The notes below the pieces were generated by a model. The model was given only the letters and a program-made list of their open reading frames with translations. It made no database searches and was not told where the DNA came from. The translations under genes were made by a program, and so were the position numbers. A DNA stretch of 64,000 nt from Octopus vulgaris (taxonomy: Eukaryota), in the NCBI GenBank assembly GCA_951406725.2, contig OX597829.1, positions 12,338,001 through 12,402,000 on the forward strand. The letters run 5' to 3'. Of this stretch, positions 1-11,456 are shown piece by piece. How positions within the stretch are numbered: the first letter of the stretch is position 1; each line of letters begins with the position of its first letter.

Positions 1-45
1 TCTTCTTCTTCTTCTTCTTCTTCTTCTTCTTCTTCTTCTTCTTCT
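1..45. repeat. (TTC)n microsatellite, truncated by window start
   Basis: Direct sequence. Confidence 0.95.
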
Positions 46-205
46 ACCCTACCAAGGATTCACAACGACCTCGAACCCATAAGTGTAAACAAGAGAGACA
101 GAGAAAGGCAGAAACAAGGAAAATGCCACTTATATTTGAAGACCATACAAATATTCCTTAAAAAAAACTTTTCTTTTAATTTTTCTCAATTTAATTATTT
201 AATCG

Positions 206-249
206 TTTCAGTTGAAAAGGTCTCAAAATTACCGAAACCGGTACTGAAA
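206..249 (+). ncRNA. Minimal type-I hammerhead ribozyme motif, U3:A8 core variant, probably in a Penelope pLTR remnant (~46-300)
   Basis: tttcag-TTGAAAA-GGT(ctcaaaatt)ACC-GAAA-CCGG-TA-ctgaaa: 6-bp stem I, stem II GGT/ACC, palindromic stem III ACCGGT, GUA cleavage triplet. Confidence 0.75.
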
Positions 250-294
250 TGTTCTTTATAAAATTATTTTAGCATTTTCTACCTTGACTTGTTT

Positions 295-344
<50 letters not shown>

Positions 345-566
345 TATTAAAATTACTAAGTCTCTCTAAAGGAGATTACGGCAGCGTTACTGGATATTAA
401 TAATTATCGCCATACTAATATGCCAGTCTATAAACATAAGACTTAAGCTGTCACTGATTAGCTCCAAGAGGCCATTGCCTCTAGCTAGCTATATGACACA
501 CGAACTTGCGTCCATTACAACCTTCGAACAGGAGAGGTCAGCCGCTTCACCTTGCTAGTCAGACAT

Positions 567-607
567 CTGCAGACATGTTTCAGGGTTGTTGCCCTTTATC
601 AATGCAG
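567..607 (-). ncRNA. Minimal type-I hammerhead ribozyme (UUGAUAA core, GUC site)
   Basis: Minus strand: ctgca-TTGATAA-AGGG(caacaa)CCCT-GAAA-CATG-TC-tgcag; all stems pair. Confidence 0.85.
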
Positions 608-784
608 CGTAGTCAGAAGCAGCAGGTGTCGCTACTGACCGTCTGTTCGAAGATTTTATTTACCTAGTTACAGTGGAATACATCCACTTGTTTTCAATAA
701 TAGAAATATTAAAATTACTAAGTCTCTCATCATCATCATCTTCGAACATGGGAGGTCAGCCGCTTCACCTTGCTAGTTAGACAT

Positions 785-825
785 CTGCAGACATGTTTCA
801 GGGTTATTGACCTTTATCAATGCAG
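785..825 (-). ncRNA. Second copy of the same hammerhead with one stem II mismatch; a 5'-truncated inverted copy follows at 830-863 (+)
   Basis: ctgca-TTGATAA-AGGT(caataa)CCCT-GAAA-CATG-TC-tgcag. Confidence 0.75.
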
Positions 826-1029
826 CGTAGATAAAGGGCAACAACCCTGAAACATGTCTGCAGATGTCTGACTAGCAAGGTGAAGCGGCTGACCTCCCTG
901 TTCGAAGGTTGTAATGGACGCAGGTTCGTGTGTCATATAGCTAACTAGAGGCGATGGCCTCTTGGAGCTAATCAGCGACAGCTTTAGTCTTATGTTTATA
1001 GACTGCCATATTAGTATGGCGATAGCTAT

Positions 1030-1081
<52 letters not shown>

Positions 1082-1086
<5 letters not shown>

Positions 1087-1370
1087 GATTCTGTACCAAC
1101 ACGCCGAACAGGAACACAGGGGATCAATCAACAACATAGAAGTTAAAATCTGGTCCACACATAGAACAGATGCAACAATCAGACAAATTACAGAAGCTAC
1201 ACACATAATAGAAGATAAACCTAGCCTAAATAGGAAACTGGAATGGAACACTAGCACACACCACAACATATGACAGAAGAGGATCCCCATAAACTAGTTA
1301 CAATATAAACAAAACCGAAAACATTAAAATACACAGATAAATAAACAAATAGAAATAAATAACTTATGTA
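1082..1370 (+). mobile_element. Penelope-like element fragment (C-terminus of GIY-YIG endonuclease plus 3' flank)
   Basis: SILYQHAEQEH...TIRQITEATHIIEDKPSLNRKLEWN resembles the PLE C-terminal RQxxEAxxI...LNxKxEW motif. Confidence 0.6.
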
Positions 1371-1445
1371 AGTTTTTTTTTGTTTAATTTAAAAGATTTT
1401 TTATTTATTATTATTATTAACATTATCATTATTATTATTATTATT

Positions 1446-1816
1446 GAGTGAGAGAGCAGTGCATGCTATCAAAGTGACACTGGGGTAAAATATACGAAGC
1501 CCAATATACCCATCATGACTACCCGTCTGATAAAGGTACACCAGGCACATGCATCACAACCATATGTGCGCGACATGGTGATCTCATATCAAGATAAACA
1601 GCACATGACCTTGCAGGTGGGGCCCAGTTAGAATTTTCTTCAGGTTGAGTAGCCCATCCCGCTCAAAAGGTCTCTGAATAAGGGTTGTTTAAGGATGTTG
1701 AAAGAACCACCCATGTTTTCAGAGGTGAATTATTCAAACCCCAAAGAATCCCCCCAACACATGGCCATGATGCTCCCCCACTACTTCTGCTCGTGATCAG
1801 AGATGCATATATCGTC
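1446..1816 (-). mobile_element. ORF-less (TAA)n-targeting element, 5'-truncated copy
   Basis: Matches the 3' part of 49784-50336; flanked by (ATT)n on both sides. Confidence 0.9.
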
Positions 1817-1885
<69 letters not shown>

Positions 1886-2514
1886 TAGTATTATTGTTAT
1901 ACATACATACATACAAGCATACGTAATGATAATAATAATATGTGGATGTAAACACATGAACAAAATAAGAATAAACAAAAACAACAACAAAAACAAATTA
2001 CATGAACGTATATAAATAGAAGTTACAAATATTACAGGCATCCCCCCACTAACTAAACATAGACGCACATAGAGATATAAGCATGCGCAAATGAAGACAT
2101 ACAATAGAAATACAAAATGGCTGACGGTTAGTAAGGAGAGACACAAATAAGAAAGAAGAAAACAAAGGACCACTGATGCGGCCACGGGAGTGTGACGAAA
2201 GAACGCTGGCCGAAATAAGATTAAGATTAATGTAAAAAATAAATAACACTGACGCAAAGGAACACCAAATATATAGTGCGTGTGTTTTTATTGGCAAAAT
2301 GACCATTCCGAAATATAACAATATATATATGTCATACTGTATCTGGAGAAAGTCATTCTGTTTTAATGCCGCATTACTTAACACACTCACCGGTTCAATT
2401 TCCACTCATTTATTTATTTTTTCTAACATTTTTCCAAGACTTTCCATGCTTTTTGCAACCTCTTCAATAGTCGTTGACTCTGTCGGTTAGCAGAGCTGCA
2501 TTCTTTTTGTTTGG

Positions 2515-3150
2515 TTGCTTGTGCGCATGTGTGAGCGTCAGTGTGTATGTATATACACACATGTGTGTATGTATGCATGTATGTATGTATGTGTGTGTAT
2601 GCATTTATATGTATGCGTGTGTGTACGTTTGTATGTATGTGTTCTGCATATTCATGCGTTTGTGTTCATGTTGTATGTTTGTATGTGTGCGTGCGTGTAT
2701 ATGGTCCTGTGATTCAGGCTTCTATTGCGTATGTGTGTATGCGTGTGTATGAGTGTGTGTATTTGCGCTTGTCAGCAAAAACATCGTGTGTGAGTGTACT
2801 TGTGTGTGTGTGAGCGTGTGTGCGGTATGTATATATATACATGTGCATGGTTGCTTATATATGTGGGTGTACATGCGAGTGTTACACGCGAGTATGAGTG
2901 AGCATATGCATATATAGCATCTGCATATTTTAGACGTGTATTTGAATATAATAGTGCGCGAATAGGTATTTGCGTGTGTGTGGATATGTGTTCGTGTACA
3001 TGCATGGTTGAATATATATGTGCACTTGTTGGCGTATGCGTGGATGCGCATGTATGTTTCACACCAGTGTGAGTGTGTATATACATATAGGCACATGTAC
3101 GTTGGTGTGCATGCGCGCATGTGTATGTACATGCAAGCATAGGCGTTTGC
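2515..3150. repeat. Degenerate (TG)n/(TATG)n low-complexity tract
   Basis: Direct sequence. Confidence 0.85.
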
Positions 3151-3371
3151 TATGGGCATTTTTACTTATTTACTTCGTTTTTTCCCCTTGTTTAACGGTC
3201 ATTTTCATAGCATTTTTTTATTGCCTCAGTAACTGACGAAATGCCGGAGCAGGTTTCCGCCCCAACATTCGAAACTCCGAATCATATGGCAATCGAATGA
3301 TTTTCGCTTATTATATTACAGATACGTATATACATGAGTAATGATGCAACCTTTCATGTGCATGTTGCTAA

Positions 3372-4095
3372 ATTGGCAATGAAATGTAGGCGGCTGACCG
3401 GATGGATTCTTAGAGCCTTTAGAACAAGAGACCAGGAAACCATGATGGTCCTCTGAAGGACACTTGTCTAAGCCACTTTGACTATTGCTCTCAGCTATGG
3501 TCACCATCCAGTGTCAAATTAATCACAGAACTTGAGGCGATCCAACGAAGCTACACGAAGAAGATAGCCTCTGTGCAGCATATAAGCTATTGGGAAAGAC
3601 TCAAGAGATTAAGACTCTGTTCCTTAGAGCGTGGGCGAGAAAGATATGCCATAATATACATCTGGAAGATCCTGGAAGGACTTGTCCCAAACTTTAGCAT
3701 CGAAAGTGACACAAATACTAGAACTGGGTACCACTGCATAGTGCCAAGGACTCCAAATTTGCCATCGTGATGTAGGACAAGATACTGCAATAGCCTGGGC
3801 TTCAGAGGCCCACAGCTCTTCAATATCCTCCCGAAGGACCTGAGAGATCTGCATGGGGTGGATGCAGATGCCTTTAAAATAAAACTGGATCTCTTCCTGT
3901 CAGGTGTCCCAGATGAACCAACTTCACGGCAGGAGGTGCATATGAGGGCAGCTGCATCGAACTCTCTCATGCACCAAATGGCAATTACTAAAACGCATTC
4001 GTGAAGTAAAATCATGTAGCAACACCGAATTGCGGTGCCCCAGCATGGCCACGGCTCGTGAGCTGAAACTAGATAAAAATTAAAAAATAAAATAT
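3372..4095 (+). mobile_element. CR1-group LINE 3' fragment (RT C-terminus and 3' UTR), degenerate
   Basis: GWILRAFRTRD..LDYCSQLWSP..ELEAIQRSYTKKI..SYWERLKRLRLCSLERGRERYAIIYIWKIL; tail GCGGTGCCCCAGCATGGCCACGG..CTGAAAC. Confidence 0.85.
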
Positions 4096-4099
4096 ATAT

Positions 4100-4294
4100 A
4101 TCAAAATGTGTCCGCGTGTGTACCGTTGGCGATTTTTTTTCCTCCGTCTTCCCTTCTCTGGATCTTTCCTTTTCCTGTGTTTCGAAACGTTAAACCCTCC
4201 TTCTTCCCTTCCTTCCTGAGCGTCCAATAATACTATATTTGTTCCACGTCCTCGCGTTGTTGTGTTTTCTCTTTGTGTTTTCATGTTTGGATTA

Positions 4295-4298
<4 letters not shown>
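4100..4298 (+). mobile_element. Probable Penelope pLTR remnant retaining only the 3' half of a hammerhead
   Basis: gttt...CGAAACGTTaaac without a CTGANGA core; ends at (TA)n; tail GAGCGTC resembles the pLTR at ~17041. Confidence 0.45.
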
Positions 4299-4379
<81 letters not shown>

Positions 4380-5220
4380 GAGTAATTGAATGAATTATCT
4401 TATTAAGGATAATTCGAAAGATAACCGATACCAGGGTAGCAAATTCACATAAGAAAGAACACGGTTGAAGCTACGTCCCTAGGGCATAGACTACGTGTCT
4501 TCGTGCGGAAATTTGTATGTATATTTTAAAATTATAAGTATATGAAAGAATGGAGTTGAACGACTAGTTAACAAATATCCTTTATTCTCGACATATGTTT
4601 CGAAGGCTGCATATTCCTAATTCCGAAGGAATAAGGAGTACATTATGCAGATTTCTCATCAGGAAAATCAAGGAACTTATGTCGACATCAAAATGCACAA
4701 AAAACTTTTAGCTGACCGCTCTCAAGGAGCCCATGGCGATAATGAGTGTCTCTTTATAATGGATGACGTCAGAGTGGCTGAATGTAGAAGAATCTAGAAG
4801 TTTCTAAAGGTTCAAGAGTTCAAACGAAGTAGGAGGAGGGAGGCATAAGAATAGTAAGGTGAGAGAGTGCCGGTCAAAAGAATGGTGGGTTTTAAATGAT
4901 TTATTTTGTGAATGAGTGCCTGTGTGTGTGATTGTATATAACTGTCTTAATGTGTGTGTGTGTGCGTGATTGTGTATTTGGATGGGTAGATGTCAGAAAA
5001 CTGACAGCTGTGAGGTGAGAGGTCTGTGTCTGTGTGTTCGATTATGTTTACTGTAGAGAAAGGAAAGTAGATAGCGAAAGGGAGAAAGAATCGGGCGAGG
5101 TGAGAGGCAATGCAAGGATGGATAGTAGTAATTGGGAATATAAGAAAATCTTTTTGACTATGGGGGTGAAAAATAGCAAAAATTTTTTTGGGAAATCGAG
5201 GGGTTATCTATATTTTATTA
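4380..5220 (-). mobile_element. Penelope-like pLTR/3' UTR remnant
   Basis: Contains the intact hammerhead at 4584-4668; pyrimidine-rich 3' region on the minus strand; abuts (TA)n. Confidence 0.55.
4584..4668 (-). ncRNA. Type-I hammerhead ribozyme, canonical core, extended stem II
   Basis: attttc-CTGATGA-GAAATCTGCATA...TATGCAGCCTTC-GAAA-CATATG-TC-gagaat; stem I 6 bp (one GU), palindromic stem III, GUC. Confidence 0.88.
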
Positions 5221-5234
5221 TTATCATTATTATT

Positions 5235-6798
5235 CAGTAGTTTTATTTTTATAGCGTGCTTTCACTTCACTACCGAGCGCAGCTCTGTGTGCCTTGGGTA
5301 TGTGCTGTGATGCTCTGATGGTTATTGTATGGAAAGTGTTCTGCGTAGGATGTATGCAGTGCCTAGTAGTGCAATTTTCTGTATGTTATATGTGTTTGTA
5401 AGTCCTGGTGTTTTTGTTATGTATTTGTCTGAATATTTTTTATCATGCCTAATGCACCTACTATGATAGGAATTGTTTCTGTTTTCAGATTCCACATTCT
5501 AGTTACCTCTATTTCCAGGTCTTTGTATTTTGAGAGTTTTTCCATTTCTTTTAGAGACACGTTGTCATCTGCCGGTATTGATACATCAATTAGAAAGCAT
5601 TTTTTTCTTCATGATCTCTGACAACTATATCTGGTCTGTTGGCCTTAATTTCTCTATCTGTGTGTATCGGCATATCCCAGAGTATGGTTGCTTTCTCGTT
5701 TTCTGTGACCTTTTCTGGTGTGTGCCTATACCATCTTTTTTCTGTTGTTATTCCATAATGTTGGCATAGCTTCCAATGTATGTAGGTTCCAACTCTGTCA
5801 TGTCTGTGAATATATTCCTTCTTAGCCAGGACTGGGCAGCTAGAGTTAATATGATTTATTGTTTCTTGTCCATCTCCACATATTCTGCAGTTACTTGTAA
5901 TATTTCTTTTCATTACATGTTTTTGGTAATTTCTGGTGGAGAGGCTTTGGTCTTGTGCTGCAATTAAAAATCCCTCTGTTTCTGCTTTGAGTCCTGAGCT
6001 TCTCAACCATTGCTGGGATTTTTCTTTGTCTATTTCTTTTGCGTTTAGTTTAGTCCAGTATTTACCATGAAGGGGCTTTCTTGCCATCGTTTTATCATGG
6101 TTCGTTGCTGTTCTATTTTTAGTTTGGATTTCATTTGTTTTATAGCTTTTGTTGTTTCTTCATCTTCTTCTTCTTCTTCTTCTTCTTCTTCTTCTTCTTC
6201 TTCTTCTTCTTCTTCTTCTTCTTCTTCTTCTTCTTCTTCTTCTTCTTCTTCTTCTTCTTCTTCTTCTTCTTCATGTTTATTGGTGGTATGATTTCTTGTT
6301 TGTATTTGTCAGCCTCCTTAAATACTGAGAACAGTTTTTTGTTTTGCTCGTGTTTTGCCGCTATCTGGATCAGTTTTCCTTCCTTCTGAAGTAGATATTT
6401 TTGCAGTCCTATGGTGGTTATTTTATAGTAGTTTTCCAGCTGTATAAGGCCTCTACCACCTTCTATACGTTGTATATATAGTCTTTCTATGTCAGATTTT
6501 GGGTGATGCATCCTAGATCCTGTCATTATTTTTCTTGTTTTCCTATCTATTTTGGTCAGTTCATTTCGTGTCCAGTTAAGGATATTGTAGCTGTAACTTA
6601 TAACTGGGACAGCTAAAGTGTTGATACCTATTATCTTGTTTTTAGCATTGAGCTCTGTGTTTAGTATTGATCTAACTCGTCTATAATATTCTTTTTTTAT
6701 TTTCTCTTTCATTTGTGTGTGTTGTGTCTTATCTAGTTCATGGATTCCTAAGTATTTGTAAGTTTGGCTTTGGTCTAATTCTTTTATTTCATTGGTTT

Positions 6799-6799
<1 letters not shown>
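5235..6799 (-). mobile_element. R4/Dong non-LTR retrotransposon family A, 5'-truncated
   Basis: YKYLG, thumb, CRIC..H...C knuckle, RHD, RPD endonuclease; 3' end AAAACTACTG(AAT)n; internal (GAA)36. Confidence 0.95.
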
Positions 6800-6863
<64 letters not shown>

Positions 6864-6975
6864 GTTATTGTTATTGTTATTGTTATTATTATTGTTATTG
6901 TTATTATTATTATTATTGTTATTGTTATTGTTATTGTTGTTGTTGTTGTTGTTGTTGCTGTTATTGTCGTCGTTG

Positions 6976-7006
<31 letters not shown>

Positions 7007-7023
7007 TGTTGTTGTTGTTGTTG

Positions 7024-7082
<59 letters not shown>

Positions 7083-7138
7083 ATCATCATCATCATCATC
7101 ATCATCATAATAATAATAATAATGATGATGATGATGAT
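6800..7138. repeat. Compound trinucleotide array (ATT/GTT/GTC/CAT)
   Basis: Direct sequence. Confidence 0.95.
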
Positions 7139-7452
7139 TTTCCAAGAAATATTCACATCAGCAAAATAAATGCTGACCTCTATCACAGTAAATCTTTTTT
7201 CATGTTTGTTCCAAGCAACAATATCCTGCCTACTATTTTTGACAGATGTTTTATTAGGAATGTTCCACCAGTATTCCTTGTACTGATATTTGTATACGTA
7301 TTCAATAGAGGGTTCTCTATATTTATTCCAGGACGGTCTTGTTTTCATAATGTCATTGTTTATTGTTTTGGCAACACGTCATGTCGCATAGGGAGGTTAG
7401 TATCTTGATGACATTTTGGGCAGCTGCTAATCATGTGTGATGTCTTCCATAG
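7139..7452 (-). mobile_element. R4-like family G fragment (CCHC/RLE region)
   Basis: KEYWWNIPNKTSVK..RQDIVAWNK..TVIEVS..ADVNI is homologous to 56059-56652. Confidence 0.8.
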
Positions 7453-7464
7453 AAATATGACATA

Positions 7465-7497
<33 letters not shown>

Positions 7498-7509
7498 TGT
7501 ATGTATGTC

Positions 7510-7680
7510 TTTATTCAGTTTACTTCAAGGCGGTTTCTAACCTAGATCCAAGGTTCCTTCATTGGAATTTCAACATCAACAACAGGGTGTTTTTGTTTGT
7601 TTGTATGTATATATGTATGTTTTATGTATGTATTCTCATGTATATAGTTACATATCGAGACATGCTTATATATGTATATA
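7510..7680 (-). mobile_element. R4-like family G 3' UTR/terminus followed by (CATA)n
   Basis: Reverse complement matches 56700-57064 (CCCTGTTG..GATGTTGAAATT..GGATCTAGGTTAGAA..AAACTGAATA). Confidence 0.85.
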
Positions 7681-7708
7681 TGTCAGTACCTCAAATATAA
7701 AATTCTTC

Positions 7709-7793
7709 TTGAAGATGGAGGCTGGTGGTATCCAATGATGGAATTAAGTTGCAAGCATTATTTTGGACCACCAACACCCCAGAAACAGTTGTT
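7709..7793 (+). ncRNA. Degenerate hammerhead motif
   Basis: TTGAAGA, long stem II (TGG..GGTGGT..TCCA / TGGACCACC..CCA), GAAA-CAGTTG-TT; stem I poor. Confidence 0.45.
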
Positions 7794-8294
7794 GGACTCG
7801 TAAAACTCCTATTGAACCCCCTTAATTCCGGATATTATTTCCGTTTTGACTCGGACTTTGCTTATGTGCATACGTATGTACATTTTCTGTATTAGATGTA
7901 TTTAATATTTTTTGTATATCGACATGCCTAACTTGCTTGTCCTTTCATTTACTCCTCTACCTGCTCAAGTTCAAATTACTTTAGCACTTCGAAGTGTATT
8001 CTATATAGAGAATATCTGTCTCTAATCTATAAACTATATCTGTATGTGCGTATTAACTGTGAATTCATATATACATACAAGTACAAACACATACGCACAT
8101 AAACATACACACACATACACACATGTGTATATACGTACGTACAGATATAAATAGAAATAGTGAATTATTCACAATACATATTCATATATATATATATGCG
8201 TGTGTAAACGTACTTCCATATAACGTATATGTATGAATCTCTTTATCTCTGTCTGTCTCCCCCTCTCTCACTATATATATACATATACATATAG

Positions 8295-8431
<137 letters not shown>

Positions 8432-8521
8432 GAAATGAGATACTCAGAAATCTTGGATGGTTTTATATTTACAGATATTTATTAGTATGGTACATGTTCT
8501 TATAAATCATATATCATATAT

Positions 8522-8558
8522 ATTAGCGCCTTCGTCCACTCTAGTGGAGTCTTCAGAT
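8522..8558 (-). ncRNA. Degenerate hammerhead motif in a probable PLE remnant (~8428-8830)
   Basis: CTGAAGA-CTCCAC(taga)GTGGAC-GAAG-GCGC-TA; stem I weak. Confidence 0.5.
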
Positions 8559-9049
8559 TGAATATATGCGACAATTATTCGGTAGACATGATAAAACTCC
8601 GAGATTCGGATGTCGGGGCAGAGTTTTATCATGGCTACCGAATAATTTTCACATATTCTATTTACAGTTAAATTACTCTTTTTACATAATACCGAGGTCT
8701 CTTTCATTCTTTTGTTGTCTTGCCATTTCTATCAATATATATATATTTATCTTTCTTAAACTAGATATACGAATAATCAGAAATGAGAGTGTGTCGAAAT
8801 GCTTTTTATTGTTCTTCAATCATCTACAATGTAAGGGAGAGTAGAATCGGCCATTTAAACACGCAGTCTCGTCTACTGCCTGATCGGAAGTCCTTTTCCT
8901 GCGGACCAACTCGATAGCAAACCTGCAGTGAAAGTTCCTGTCTACAGTTCATCTGTTATGAGTTCATGAGCAGTGTCCTACATGTAAGTGTATATATATA
9001 TACGTATGTATGTATATATCGTATGTATGAATGTATGTACGTATGTATG

Positions 9050-9385
9050 TATATGTGCAGATTTGTATGTTTTATTTTATGTATATATACTTATGCTTAT
9101 AGTTGCATAACTATACATGCTCATTTATATAAATATAATGAACTTCTGGAAAGTTTTGCAGATTTTTACAGTTCTAGTGTTGGATTGGATAGTCCTCGAA
9201 TTAGCATTCTCCTTTCTGATTCCGAGAAGCTTAATTTCTCAAGAAATACGTGTATAAACCTGAACATGAAACCTGGATAGAGTAAATGCAGATTTCTCAT
9301 TAGTTCAGCGTAGATATTCTTTTCTTCGCTGATCTTCGTTGAGCAGCTAATTTCCACAAGCTTACACTGTTTCTTTTCTCTGTAT
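9050..9385 (-). mobile_element. R4-like family G relative, 3' fragment, 5' junction in (TATG)n
   Basis: EISC..KISEEKNIYAELMRNLHLLYPGFMFRFI matches the ORF end at ~56410-56640. Confidence 0.85.
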
Positions 9386-10070
9386 GAGTGTGTATGTATG
9401 TATGTATGTATGTATGTATGTATGTATGTATGTATGTATGTATGTATGTATGTATGTATGTATGTATGTATCGTATCGTATATATCCTTGCTATTTCAGA
9501 AAACGAAAAGAAAAAAAAACGTTACTGTTTCAGAAAACGAAAAAAAAATAGTCTCACCATTCCATTTCATTTTACATCAACACTGTTTCAGATTAACAAT
9601 AATTCTTTGTTCGGTGCACAAAATCGTAACTCTATACATGTATGATATTTTCGGTCAGAAATATTTTGGAAATAACTGTTGTATGTGGGACTTACACACT
9701 TTCGAAAAATGCTTTAAACCGTTGTACAATTTTCATATCTTGGCATCTGAAGCAGCTGGAGATACTACGATAGTTTGACTAAAAGTACCAGCTATTGCAA
9801 GCAAAATTAAATATTGTAAAAAATGCATTTGGCCAAATTTGGATATACCATAGTTTAACATAATAGCAACGATACATACTTTATATTAAGGATACCATCG
9901 GTTTCATGATAGGAAATACCTCAACAATTACTTAAAACTATCGTATGGAAACATTGGTCTTCAATCTCCAGTTTGGAGCTTTGAGCCCTCATTCTCACTG
10001 TCTTCTTATCCACACACACATACACACATATATATATAGAGAGGGAATATACATACATATATATATATAT

Positions 10071-10493
10071 AATAGTTATCGCCATACTAATATGGCATTC
10101 TTAAAAATAAGAATAAAGCTGTCGCTGATTAGCTCCATGAAGCCATTGCCTCAAGCTAGCTACTTGACACACAAACTGCGTCCGTTATTAAACCTTCGAA
10201 CAGGGGAGGTCAGCCGCTTCAACCTGCTAGTCCAACAGCTACAGACATGTTTCAGGGTTGTTGCCCTTTCTCAATGCAGCCTAGTCAGACCTGCAGGTGT
10301 CGCTACTGACCGTCTCCGTTTCTAAGATTCTATTTACCTAGTTACGGTGGAATACATCCACTTGTTTTCAATAATAGAAATATTAAAATTACTAAGTCTG
10401 TTTAAAAGAGATTACGACAGCGTTTCTGGAAATTAATAGTTATCGCTGTCGTAATCTCTTTTAAAGAGACTTAGTAATTTTAATATTTCTATT
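10071..10493 (-). mobile_element. Second locus of the hammerhead unit: 364-nt circular permutation plus a 50-nt inverted segment, in (TA)n
   Basis: AATAGTTATCGC at 10071 and 10435; 10444-10493 is an inverted copy of ~10373-10422. Confidence 0.85.
10238..10280 (-). ncRNA. Minimal type-I hammerhead (UUGAGAA core, GUC site)
   Basis: gctgca-TTGAGAA-AGGG(caacaa)CCCT-GAAA-CATG-TC-tgtagc; stem I retained with a GU pair. Confidence 0.85.
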
Positions 10494-10566
10494 ATATATA
10501 TATATATAAGGTGTTGCCCAGCATGGCTGCAGTCTAATAAACTGAAACAAATATAAAGTAAAAGAT

Positions 10567-10606
<40 letters not shown>

Positions 10607-10609
<3 letters not shown>

Positions 10610-10935
10610 TTTTTGCATTTTGCCAAAGCAAAATATTGTTATATTTCGGACCGAGCATTGTATGCAATGGTAAAGGAAACACAATTATGACACTGCCACT
10701 TTTATTCGATGTGACCACCACTGTTTCGAATCACAGCCTTATGTCTAGGTGCGAACGCTCCACACGCGGCAGGCAGATGTTCTTGCAGAAACGTAGCCCA
10801 TTCTTGGCGCGGTTTCAGAGTGTCGAGCGAATCATGAGGAGTGCTCGAGATTCTCGTCTCCAAAATGGACCAGACAGAAAAATCCTCCACATTCATAGGC
10901 AGGGATTCTTGAGGGTCATATATCCATGCCAATGA
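10607..10935 (-). mobile_element. Tc1/mariner (maT/DD37D-like) transposase C-terminal remnant
   Basis: DFSVWSILETRISSTPHDSLDTLK...AACGAFAPRHKAVIRNSGGHIE*. Confidence 0.75.
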
Positions 10936-11456
10936 ACGACTGAATGCTTTTTTTTAATCCAATGGGATGGTACCAATGTACCAACTCAACCACATATTTA
11001 CAAACACCGGAAACTCTTTTAACTCAAAAAGTCCTGTCGGTTTGTTAGTGACGGCCTTGAACACTCTCAAGAATAACTTATAATAGACTCAAAGACAAAT
11101 CATACATACATGCATGCATACATAGAAATTACAGTGTCATGGCCAATTCCTTGGTTTTATGCTACCAGAGCAGATCTGGTAACATTCGTCATTTGCAATA
11201 GGAACTAACCATATGCCAAATATGTTTTTTTTATTATAAACAATTTGCAAGTATTTTAATTTTACATTTTAATTATAAATTGTAATCATTAATTTAATTA
11301 GGGATATCTACTTCTTCTTATTTAATTTACCACTAGATTGACTGATTTATAGATTGTTTAGCTAATTAGCTGTTTGTTGCGCTAGTCAGCACACTGACTA
11401 GGTGCACTGGCTGACAAACCAACAGTCCCGGTTCTTTACCTTTTGACCGACAGATT

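Larger units (their letters stand above)
339..1033 (-). mobile_element. Non-coding hammerhead-bearing element (retrozyme/PLE-pLTR-like) in (TA)n: 362-nt unit with terminal direct repeat, partial second unit, then an inverted segment
   Basis: TAGAAATATTAAAATTACTAAGTCTCTC at 339 and 701; partial repeat ~741-829; 830-1033 is the reverse complement of the unit; homologous to 10071-10493. Confidence 0.8.

Noticed and set aside
2173-2222. Hammerhead-like CTGATGC-GGCCA..TGGCC-GAAA
   Set aside because: A9 is mutated and there is no stem I or stem III pairing; at best a decayed remnant.
3233-3284. Hammerhead-like CTGACGA-AATG..CATTC-GAAACTCCGAATC
   Set aside because: Stem II register is off and stem I is absent; too degenerate to call.
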